Source: an uncultured Erysipelotrichaceae bacterium
GTDB taxonomy: Bacteria > Bacillota_I > Bacilli_A > RFN20 > CAG-826
Assembly: GCA_947166565.1 (NCBI GenBank)
Contig: CAMVEL010000003.1
Coordinates: 15,277 to 79,276, forward strand
Reading direction: 5' to 3'
DNA: 64,000 bases
The position numbers were made by a program, and so were the translations under genes. Of this stretch, positions 44,301 through 51,936 are shown piece by piece. Below the pieces are notes generated by a model that was not told where the DNA came from, searched no databases, and worked only from the letters and a program-made list of their open reading frames with translations. Each line of letters begins with the position of its first letter. Within the stretch, counting starts at the first letter, position 1.

Positions 44301-44397
44301 CTTCACCCTTTCTTTTCCCGCGACTGGAGGGACATTCAAGGTCTATGAAGATAAAGGAGATGCGATCTCCTACAAGAAAGCGGAGGTGATCCTATGA
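41317..44397 (+). CDS. very large secreted protein, no recognised domain (first gene of a three-gene surface operon)
   Basis: The start was trimmed to ATG 41317 (MPKRFMNIWRTLVTAFLAASLVIPAAAEA, signal peptide), which is preceded by GAGGAGG. 1026 aa. The stop overlaps the next start (ATGA at 44394-44397). Confidence 0.6.
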   Translation: MPKRFMNIWRTLVTAFLAASLVIPAAAEAIVSAPLETKAETIKDYGYVAKEAEKNENTVNIERQFVHYFDESNGMTVVAPEGDAPTCDYWTPYAGSERSGAGYNGGRDAGSLSIVGDSGLTDRGYFNPSNSFDYNSVEVGGSATFNFTFHKVTEANYSGPMQQYHVADCQTRSLYNYSLSSSIGVGMMMILRRHKGERNWSKINGAEYHNLPDGAVCTYTPDSEDIFKGTYFMFVSAYQYYRYEKTASAFWITRVHWVFYSVLQYVTVYLAKGGTTLKFAQETAPIQNYSLQPKLYEPVINGENIHLSQGTLKNKTALPRETPLGSVTISGELVPGGNSGATIERDVPLYFYNGVANKINVSFTDNSSAYSSWTQTNSTIKKIESVHINNGKTNIVQHELNTTLKTSNFFVQGLAKNEDEKYEWFDVNEVSNKTCSISAMVLGQYDLFRALIVSPMKYNGREFVEIIAFYFIIETDVTRFQNSYALDGTKADIYAAAAASTLNDGSICLSSFSVSNNPAYQIEYAYNAQGYQAVPWTMVDGMQIKKFTEPGKYRFRVTNDFLEVSTTTIYILGTNDKLSRNVFFGENGSGNLIEDRNQRVYAPDSRVPCYKTGSKFTINGGQFKPGLYGSISRVNSDGSVETLQAFEDLHEAMTGYFYETGHYIVGVDVGSPDAVGDKLSYTAYFSIVDGDDYLPTVNYDLLHSGIFTTSFIPKVYTVNLQSKGPGSYIFVFPHTEEGYVEALDLAMEIESYDMEDLGDGTYRYPKEAGTIYDSKFDLFDAIKNNAKHRISDAFLDPNEFITEGEYEIENVMEESLPNDMYVVPDEDVFASLVADPVYINGFTFTQLRDYETIGAIMTSESGREYEVPCGVLVDDILEESGFYTVDEYNHCGVRTYQVIYLKDGVIDARFSLKYMLPDGRIAKKGVAKGNQGSIEAEKFYFAEATDKYDPYDVVTFVEQDGKQHQYLMDELHGKIVSGKGNVTVKVHNRLGHDYSFTLSFPATGGTFKVYEDKGDAISYKKAEVIL

Positions 44398-46946
44398 AAA
44401 ATCCAAAGTTTTCCCGTTTGATGGTGATCGTCTCCGCATTTGCTTTAACCTTAACCGGCTGCGACTGGTTATTTGATGATTCATCTTCTTCAGCAAATGA
44501 ATCTGTCACCTCTTCTGAACCGGAAGAAGTCACTCCGCCTGACATGAGCACCTATTCGTTCACGGGTGTTGATACAGGAGAAGGAACTTACGAATATCCC
44601 GATAACTCAGAGGGCGATAATTCACGCACGCCCTACTCAACTTCCTATGAAAGTGAACCCGAAGAAGAGATTCCTAACCATTCATATCCTGAGGAAGATC
44701 CATTCTCCTCTACAAGCGAATCCACCTCTTCTAGCGAAGGCGAAGAGGAAGAAGAGATTACTCCCGCGAACGTCCGTTACGCCTTAACGGACCTTCCAAC
44801 AGGAACCTCTATCGCGGACTATTATGGGGTCACAGATAGGTCATATTATGCTTCTTTAGCTACCGATCTAGCCTCCAACGAAATCGCTGGACTAGGATTT
44901 GATGTCTTCCCCGCCTATGCGATTATCCCGGCGATGGAAGAAAACGAGGAAGATACCCTTATCCCAGGTCTGGCCTTCACCAGTTGGACCCAATATAGCG
45001 TCATTGAGCATACGACCATCTATTCCTGTGGATTTATGCAGGTACTTGATGCCGAAAAAGAGATTGAGCTCCTTATCGTAGGGGCAGACGAGGTTCTAGA
45101 TGAAGGTCTTAACCCCTCAAATACCGTTAATGCATCAAATGGAATCTACGTCTATCCCCAAGAAGATAGCGGAGATCGTTTCATCATCGAATCGAATGCT
45201 TTCTTGGAAGGTTTCTCCGGCGTTTACCAAGGTAAATATTTCTCCTATAAACAAAGCTCGGCCTTCTCCTTCAAAATCGATGTCAAAGACGCGACCGATA
45301 ACCTAAGAGATTATGCGGACGAAGACCTTGATCTTTATGATTACGATCACCGTGAATATCTCTACAAAGCCTCATTGTTCAAAGAAAAGAACGGATTAGG
45401 CGCTTACGCGATTTATGGCAAGAAAGCCTCCGAAGCCTATGACAAGGCTCTTGAAATCCTCGATAAGGCCATTGAGCTACAAGAGGAAAACGGATGGCAC
45501 ATCGCCTTAAATAGCATGGTCATCTTCTCGGAGGAATTGTTCCAAACGGAGAGCATGTATCTCCAACGCGAAGCTATCCAAGGACGAATCGCCTCCTATT
45601 TGCGTAATCAGCTCGTTGCCGAAAACCAATACCTTGTCGTCTCTTATGACGAGGAGACCGCGAACTTAAACGTCAACATCGCGACCGATCCAAATTATGT
45701 GTCTTCGGATGAGCATTTAGCTAACGGCATCATCAAAACGTTGATGGGCATGATAATGCTTGCGGGTGGCGTTAGCATCGTCATCGCTTCCGCGGGTACT
45801 CTTGGTCCGGTCGGACTAGCGGCCCTATCTTTGATAGGAACCTCAGCGTTGACATATGCCGCTTCCGAAGTATTCGAAGGCATCCAGGAAATCTATTATC
45901 GGGACGATAGTCATATCGTTAATCCGGTGAAAGACCGTTTAAAGGAACTATTCGGTGATGAATCCGGTGAAAGGATCTACCATACCGTTGGTATAGTCAC
46001 CAATATCGCCCTCTCCTTCTTCGCCCCGATTTCCACCGTTTTGGGAAGTAGTTTCCAGGCTGGACAAGGATTACGCTCGGTAGCTCAAACCGTCTTACAA
46101 GTCTCAAAGGAAGTCATTATCCATGCCGCGCAGCTTGCGATTACCGCGGAGGTTTCAAAACTCGTCTATGTCCTCACCGAAAATCTCGCCTTAAAGCTTG
46201 GAGTGAGTGAGTTAGGGGCCAAACTCATTGGTTTTGGTAGCGCCCTCGTTGCTGGAATACTTGTCTATCGCGGACTTTCCAAAGCCCGTCAGAGCTTCAG
46301 GCGCTCCCGCGCAGGAAAAATCGAGACTCCAAGCAGCAGGGAAATCCAACAAGCAAAAACGGAAATATCCAAATCCGGAGACATCAAATACGGTGATGCG
46401 GTCAAGAGCAATTACCGTTCCCGCAACTACTATTCGAAGAGCGCCCTTGTCCGCGATTACGCAAACAACATGACCGTGGAACTAAATTTGGAGAATCCAG
46501 TTCAGATTCAATATATTTCCTCTTCTTCCGAATATATGCCGATGTTCTATAGGGTCGGACCAAGAAACTCGAATAAGATCTATGCTCCTAAAGGAACATT
46601 CGATCCATCCACCGGGAAGATCTATCTCTTCGCGGAGAACCTTGATGATAATGGCGTCGAAACCTTAAGGACCATCGCCCATTTGGTTCGCCATGCTTAT
46701 CAATTAGAGCATGCGGAATTCAATTCTCCTGTTGAAAAAGGCCTTAGGGAAGGCGCATACGAAGCTTATTCCGAGTTTGATGAAGATAATCTTAATGCCG
46801 CGGAAGTCGACGCGATGAATTACGCGGACTATATCATCGCCAGGGCCAACCACGCTTATGAAGAATGGGCCAAGAATCCTGATATCGTCAATGTCCAAAA
46901 CAACCTGACGTTCCAAGACCCAGATACTTTCAAGGAGGCCAGATAA
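44394..46946 (+). CDS. large lipoprotein with an acidic low-complexity linker, a 4-5 helix membrane segment and a C-terminal domain carrying a degenerate HExxH-like motif
   Basis: 850 aa. The lipobox is LTLTGC. The linker contains SSSSANESVTSSEPEE...EGEEEEE. Hydrophobic helices span about residues 455-640. The C-terminal motif is TLRTIAHLVRHAYQLEHAE. Confidence 0.6.
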   Translation: MKNPKFSRLMVIVSAFALTLTGCDWLFDDSSSSANESVTSSEPEEVTPPDMSTYSFTGVDTGEGTYEYPDNSEGDNSRTPYSTSYESEPEEEIPNHSYPEEDPFSSTSESTSSSEGEEEEEITPANVRYALTDLPTGTSIADYYGVTDRSYYASLATDLASNEIAGLGFDVFPAYAIIPAMEENEEDTLIPGLAFTSWTQYSVIEHTTIYSCGFMQVLDAEKEIELLIVGADEVLDEGLNPSNTVNASNGIYVYPQEDSGDRFIIESNAFLEGFSGVYQGKYFSYKQSSAFSFKIDVKDATDNLRDYADEDLDLYDYDHREYLYKASLFKEKNGLGAYAIYGKKASEAYDKALEILDKAIELQEENGWHIALNSMVIFSEELFQTESMYLQREAIQGRIASYLRNQLVAENQYLVVSYDEETANLNVNIATDPNYVSSDEHLANGIIKTLMGMIMLAGGVSIVIASAGTLGPVGLAALSLIGTSALTYAASEVFEGIQEIYYRDDSHIVNPVKDRLKELFGDESGERIYHTVGIVTNIALSFFAPISTVLGSSFQAGQGLRSVAQTVLQVSKEVIIHAAQLAITAEVSKLVYVLTENLALKLGVSELGAKLIGFGSALVAGILVYRGLSKARQSFRRSRAGKIETPSSREIQQAKTEISKSGDIKYGDAVKSNYRSRNYYSKSALVRDYANNMTVELNLENPVQIQYISSSSEYMPMFYRVGPRNSNKIYAPKGTFDPSTGKIYLFAENLDDNGVETLRTIAHLVRHAYQLEHAEFNSPVEKGLREGAYEAYSEFDEDNLNAAEVDAMNYADYIIARANHAYEEWAKNPDIVNVQNNLTFQDPDTFKEAR

Positions 46947-49316
46947 ATGAAAAAGCTGCTCCTTCCAGTCATTCTCCTTAACTTCCTTGTCGCGACTTTC
47001 GTGACCCCCATGCATCTATTTTCCCTAATTGGGGCCAATCACCAACACCACTTTGATCAAGAGGTCATCGTCAAACAACCAACCTGCACCGAGCCAGGTT
47101 TAGGCTATGTCGCTTGTCCAGAAGATGGTGCGAAAAGCGAACAGGCGGAAATTCCTCCTTTAGGACACCATATCGTTAAGAAAACGGTGGCCCCAACCTG
47201 CACAAAAAGCGGGTTTGATGTCTATTACTGCACGCGTTGCGGATTTGAAGATCATCGCGATAACCCGGTTGAGCCATTAGGCCATCATTTCGAACTACAC
47301 GAAATCCCAGCTTCCTGCTCACATGGAGGACATATTGAAAGTTATTGCACCCGTTGCGGCATCGATGAATTCGACCCATACGATACCGAAAAGGAAGGGC
47401 ATGAATATGTGCTTTCCGAGACAATAAAGCCGACCTGCAAAGAAGAAGGATATGATATCTACCGTTGTTCCAAATGCGGAAGGGCCCATTACGATAATTT
47501 CGTAGAGCCTCTCGGACATGATTACCATATCACCCATACCAAACCAACCTGCGTCGAAGGAGGTTATGGCCATGCCGAGTGCTCGCGTTGCGGAAAAGTC
47601 GTTGAACGTCTAGAAAAAGAACCTCTAGGCCATAATTGGATCCACCACGAAGAGATTGCCCCAACCTGCACCGGAATGGGCGTCGTCGCCTTTGACGAAT
47701 GCTCAATATGCGGGGAAATCCAAGGTTATAAAGACCTTGACCCACTAGGTCATAACTTTGAAGTCGTAAGCATTGTCCCCCCTACTTGCGATGAGCAAGG
47801 CTATTCCGTCTATGAATGCCGTAATTGCCACGAAACCCATAACGACGATTTCGTACCAGCCCTTGGCCATGCTTTGGTTCATGTCGATGGCAAAGCGGCG
47901 ACCTGCGACCAAGCAGGTTATAAAGCCTACGATTATTGCACCCGTTGCTCATATTCGACATATGAAGTCATCGAGCCTCTTGGAGGCGAACATCATTACA
48001 TTTCCGATGTAGTCGCTCCGACCACTTATTCGGAAGGATATACCACGCATACCTGCTTAACATGCGGAGATACCTATGTTGATTCCTACGTTCAACCGAT
48101 TCAACCAATGCGCGAAGAAACCGCGGAACAAGCCATATCCTCTAGCCATTCCAAAATAAAGGATCCTTCCAAAATCGTTCAGTCCTTCCGCAACGACGAT
48201 GCCTATTTCTATCTAGTTTACGCAGGGCATGTATCAGATTTCCCACTCCATACGAATGCTACGATACGCATGGATGCCGGCACGGAATCCTTAAAAACAT
48301 ATCCTAAGTCAGTAACTACTCCTGTAGCGACAGATATTATGGAAAGGTTTGAGAACAAATGCTTCAAGCTAATCCAAAACGGCGTTTCGGAACTAACGGA
48401 ATCTCCTCTGATTTCCTCGATTGAAAACGTCAAGAAATCAAACGACAAAACCCTAGACCGAAAGATTCAAAGCACCTTCAATGAGAATTCCTTCTCCTTA
48501 AATAGTCATGAGGTCAGCGATCCTAATTTCAATCTTTTAACTATTTCGATTAAGAGTATCGGTTCCGCTTACGAAGGATTGAAAAAAATCTTCAAGATTG
48601 GATATACGTATAGTTACACCATAGTTAGCGAAGTGGATATCTATATCGGGGCTATCTACGATTTAAGCGTTAACGAAATCGAATATCGCGTTTTGACTGA
48701 GATATCCAGCCCGCAGGAGAAGCTTTTCGCGATACCGACAAACGAAGGTGGAGACGTCCATTCCTTAACCGATACCATCGAGGTATCGAATAATCTCCAT
48801 GAACAATTGGTCAAGCCTTCAACCTATAAAACAAGCTACCCATACATCCATCTTTCTGGTTCACATCCTGACCATGTACAACTCAATTACCTCGATACTT
48901 GGTCATACAAATATCGCAATAGCGATCTCCGTAATTACTATGAACAAGGCTATGATAACGCGCGCTGCATCCTCCGTTGGAATTGGGATAGGGCCAATAG
49001 TAACCCAATCTGTTATATGGTTTCGATTTCCGACAATTATGTCATCGATTACCAAGATGGCCATTATAATGCGAGCGGAGATTATAAGGGTTGGTGGACA
49101 TACGATCAGCCAGACACAGAAGTAACTTGGAATTTCGCCCATTCCTTAAGTGGCATGCAGGTTTATAACGGCTTTGATATGATTTGGAAACACGGCGGAT
49201 TAAGTGTTTTCAGCGTATTAGCCCAAGGCGTTAAATCCATCTACGTCGATTTGTATCTTTATAAAGAATCGGCTTATTACGAAGGAGCTTATAAGGGAAC
49301 TCCTATTCAGCCATAA
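46947..49316 (+). CDS. secreted/anchored protein with ~9 tandem Cys-rich repeats (PLGH...PTC...G...C..CG) and a ~380-aa C-terminal domain
   Basis: 789 aa. The start abuts the previous stop (TAAATG). It has an N-terminal hydrophobic helix. The repeats span about 47050-48180. Confidence 0.6.
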   Translation: MKKLLLPVILLNFLVATFVTPMHLFSLIGANHQHHFDQEVIVKQPTCTEPGLGYVACPEDGAKSEQAEIPPLGHHIVKKTVAPTCTKSGFDVYYCTRCGFEDHRDNPVEPLGHHFELHEIPASCSHGGHIESYCTRCGIDEFDPYDTEKEGHEYVLSETIKPTCKEEGYDIYRCSKCGRAHYDNFVEPLGHDYHITHTKPTCVEGGYGHAECSRCGKVVERLEKEPLGHNWIHHEEIAPTCTGMGVVAFDECSICGEIQGYKDLDPLGHNFEVVSIVPPTCDEQGYSVYECRNCHETHNDDFVPALGHALVHVDGKAATCDQAGYKAYDYCTRCSYSTYEVIEPLGGEHHYISDVVAPTTYSEGYTTHTCLTCGDTYVDSYVQPIQPMREETAEQAISSSHSKIKDPSKIVQSFRNDDAYFYLVYAGHVSDFPLHTNATIRMDAGTESLKTYPKSVTTPVATDIMERFENKCFKLIQNGVSELTESPLISSIENVKKSNDKTLDRKIQSTFNENSFSLNSHEVSDPNFNLLTISIKSIGSAYEGLKKIFKIGYTYSYTIVSEVDIYIGAIYDLSVNEIEYRVLTEISSPQEKLFAIPTNEGGDVHSLTDTIEVSNNLHEQLVKPSTYKTSYPYIHLSGSHPDHVQLNYLDTWSYKYRNSDLRNYYEQGYDNARCILRWNWDRANSNPICYMVSISDNYVIDYQDGHYNASGDYKGWWTYDQPDTEVTWNFAHSLSGMQVYNGFDMIWKHGGLSVFSVLAQGVKSIYVDLYLYKESAYYEGAYKGTPIQP

Positions 49317-49320
49317 TATC

Positions 49321-49341
49321 AAGCCCCTTAGGGGCTTTTTT
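49321..49341 (+). terminator. rho-independent terminator of the surface operon
   Basis: The stem is AAGCCCC-tta-GGGGCTT followed by TTTT. Confidence 0.8.
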
Positions 49342-49422
49342 AAAAACAGGAATACATCCAATCTTGAAAAGCCAAAAGAAGTTAATAAAATAATCCCAAC
49401 TCATAAAAAGGAGATTATTTAA

Positions 49423-50028
49423 ATGAGAACTGTCAAAACCGTACTCCTCTGCTTAGCCGGTGCTGCCATGCTCGCCTCCTGTGGTGCCCAAGAAATCACC
49501 GAAAAGGACGCGATGGCCCTTGCCGATAGCTATCAGCCAGAGGAAACCCTCAAAAAGGTCAACCACTACAAAATCACTGGAACCAGCGAAACCACCATTG
49601 CTGGCAAAACCCAAAAGAATGACATCAATGAAGAAGGCGCCCTTGATGAAGACAAATTCATGACCGGTGCCACCCTCGAAGATGCCCTCTACTCCATGAA
49701 AAGCGGCGGAGAGGCCGCTGAAACCATCGAACTCAGCTTGGGTCTCAAGTTCTACAAGAACGGTGCCAAAGGCTTCAAAATGGTTGCCGAAGGCGCTGAT
49801 ACCGTTTCCAACTCCACCTCTGGTGCCAAAGTCGAATACAGGATCAAGATCGAAACCGCCGTCAACGATGATGGGCTTCCCTCCTACTCCAACTACGACA
49901 TCTGGATGAAGACCACCATGGATACCGCGAGCCTTAGCGATCTTGGCGAGCTCGGAACGCTCCTCAACTCTGAGATGAGCATGAAGATGAACAGCACCTT
50001 CAGCTATTCCTTCGTTGCCGCTAACTAA
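49423..50028 (+). CDS. lipoprotein, function unknown
   Basis: 201-aa ORF with AAGGAGA upstream and lipobox MLASC. The overlapping antisense 203-aa ORF is rejected. Confidence 0.55.
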   Translation: MRTVKTVLLCLAGAAMLASCGAQEITEKDAMALADSYQPEETLKKVNHYKITGTSETTIAGKTQKNDINEEGALDEDKFMTGATLEDALYSMKSGGEAAETIELSLGLKFYKNGAKGFKMVAEGADTVSNSTSGAKVEYRIKIETAVNDDGLPSYSNYDIWMKTTMDTASLSDLGELGTLLNSEMSMKMNSTFSYSFVAAN

Positions 50029-50083
50029 GTTACCAATCCAAATCCAAAAAAGCCTGTGGCGCATAGCCTCAGGTTTTTTTCAT

Positions 50084-51733
50084 CTACCCGATTTTTAATA
50101 GCAAACCTTCATATGGCCGAAGATAGGCGAGGCCTTTAAGCTCCTTCTCCTCGTAGGTAGATAAAACCAAATCCGAGGCAGCCATGCATGCGGATTCAGG
50201 TATTTTCGCCTTCTTTTTGGATAAGTTGATGAGGGTTAGGTATTTCTCATTATCGTTTTCCCTTATGAAAGCGATTATCGGCCCTTTTGTTTTTATGGGC
50301 ACGAACTTCCCATCATGAAGGGCGTCACGGTTTTCCCTCTCTTTTATAAGGCGACGGTAGAAAGAGAGAATAGATGTTTCATCCACTTCTTCCTTTTCGA
50401 CATTCGTCCTGTCAAGGAAACGCGGATTTACTTTGATCCAGGTATCTTTTCCATCGGAGAAGCCGGCGTTAAGGCCCCCATTCCACTGCATGGGCGTGCG
50501 GGCATGATCGCGATCAAGGCGATTGCAGACCTTTTTCCTCATAAAATGCGGAAGATGGAACTTCTTCATTATCTTGTTGACCATACGAACCGCAACATCA
50601 AGGCTATCTTCAGGTTCACCGATAGGTTTATCGATCATCCCGATTTCTTCGCCTTGATAGACGAATGGGGTTCCTGAAAGGGTGAGGTTAAATAAGGCTA
50701 AAGCCTTCCCTGATTCCTTCCAATAGGTCTTCTCATCGCCAAACCTCGTAATCGACCTTCTTTGGTCATGGTTTTCGAGATAGTTCGCATTCCAAGGAAC
50801 GCTTTGTTGCCATTTATAGAGGATATCTTTCATTTTCTCTGGGTTGAAACGTCTAGCGAAGATCCTTGAAGGAGATTGGTCGACGGCCATGGCTTCGAAC
50901 TGGAAAAACATATTCATTTCGTGATTTGTCAGGAAACGGTATCCATTTTCGATATCGACATTATAGGTTTCCCCGATGACCACGCATTCTTGTTTCGAGA
51001 AGATATCGTCATAGAGTTTACGGAGGATTTGGTGATTGCCTTCCTTCATTAGGTAATGCTCGATTCCTCTAGCCTGTTGGCTCTTGCCTTTGCCATCTTC
51101 CAAGCTCTCTTTGAAGATTTGGTTGATGACGTCGCATCTAAAGCCATAAACGCCTTTATCTAGATAAAAACGGAGAATATTCTCGACTTCCTCAATTACT
51201 TTGGGGTTATGGAAATTCAAATCGGGCTGTTTTTTGGAATATAGGTGTAGATACCATTCATCGGTCTCTTTATCGTATTCCCAAGCAGGTCCCGTGAACA
51301 TCGAGGTCCAGTTGTTTGGAGGCTGCTTTCCATTAGGCTCTTTGCCCTTCCTCCAATAGTAATAATCCCTGTATGGACTATCTATTTTCTTGGATTCCTT
51401 GAACCAATGATGTTCGTCCGAGGTGTGATTAACCACAAGGTCCATGACTATTTTCAAACCGCGTTTATCGGCTTCCTTTACAAGGCGATCGAAATCCTCC
51501 ATCGTCCCATAATCCGGATGGATCTTGTAATAATCGGAGATGTCATAACCCAAATCATCCAAAGGAGATTGATAAACCGGGGAAAGCCAAATGATTTTCA
51601 CTCCAAGGGAAGCCACATAGTCAAGCTTGGAGATAATCCCGGGGATATCCCCTATCCCATCCCCGTTGGAATCGCAAAAGCTGCGTGGATAGATTTGGTA
51701 GATCGTCGCGTTTTTCCATAAAGGGGTGGCCAT
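50084..51733 (-). CDS. GH13 alpha-glucosidase (oligo-1,6-glucosidase / trehalose-6-P-hydrolase-like)
   Basis: The start was trimmed to ATG 51733 (MATPLWKNATIYQIYPRSFCDSNGDGIGD). It has the conserved GH13 regions DLVVNHTSDEH, GFRCDVINQ, IGETY and NHDQRR. Confidence 0.85.
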   Translation of the reverse strand: MATPLWKNATIYQIYPRSFCDSNGDGIGDIPGIISKLDYVASLGVKIIWLSPVYQSPLDDLGYDISDYYKIHPDYGTMEDFDRLVKEADKRGLKIVMDLVVNHTSDEHHWFKESKKIDSPYRDYYYWRKGKEPNGKQPPNNWTSMFTGPAWEYDKETDEWYLHLYSKKQPDLNFHNPKVIEEVENILRFYLDKGVYGFRCDVINQIFKESLEDGKGKSQQARGIEHYLMKEGNHQILRKLYDDIFSKQECVVIGETYNVDIENGYRFLTNHEMNMFFQFEAMAVDQSPSRIFARRFNPEKMKDILYKWQQSVPWNANYLENHDQRRSITRFGDEKTYWKESGKALALFNLTLSGTPFVYQGEEIGMIDKPIGEPEDSLDVAVRMVNKIMKKFHLPHFMRKKVCNRLDRDHARTPMQWNGGLNAGFSDGKDTWIKVNPRFLDRTNVEKEEVDETSILSFYRRLIKERENRDALHDGKFVPIKTKGPIIAFIRENDNEKYLTLINLSKKKAKIPESACMAASDLVLSTYEEKELKGLAYLRPYEGLLLKIG

Positions 51734-51852
51734 AATCACTTCTCCTTTTAAATAACCTTTTCGGGCTTCTATGTCGATTTTCTTTAAGAATAAAGAAATG
51801 ATAAAAGAGAGGGAGAAAAAGTCAAATGATAGGTAATGGAAGAAAACACCTG

Positions 51853-51880
51853 TTGAAATCCTAATGGAGTTGCCTATAAT
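51853..51880 (+). promoter_or_regulatory. sigma-70-type promoter of htpG
   Basis: TTGAAA (51853-51858), a 16-nt spacer, then TATAAT (51875-51880). Confidence 0.6.
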
Positions 51881-51884
51881 CTTG

Positions 51885-51911
51885 TTAGCACTCATTAATA
51901 GAGAGTGCCAA
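51885..51911 (+). promoter_or_regulatory. CIRCE operator (HrcA binding site)
   Basis: The site reads TTAGCACTC-attaataga-GAGTGCCAA. This is one mismatch from the consensus TTAGCACTC-N9-GAGTGCTAA. It lies 4 nt after the -10 box and 25 nt before the htpG ATG. Confidence 0.8.
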
Positions 51912-51936
51912 AACCAGTTCTGAAAGGACGTTTATT

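Noticed and set aside
49453-50064. The track shows long ORFs antisense to or overlapping real genes. Examples are 49453-50064, 6169-6615, 23155-23841, 52807-53487, 8818-9390, 3437-3895, 12431-12820, 36895-37326 and 39423-39890.
   Set aside because: They are shadow frames of strongly supported genes on the other strand. They have low-complexity or Arg/Gly-rich composition, no SD and no motifs.
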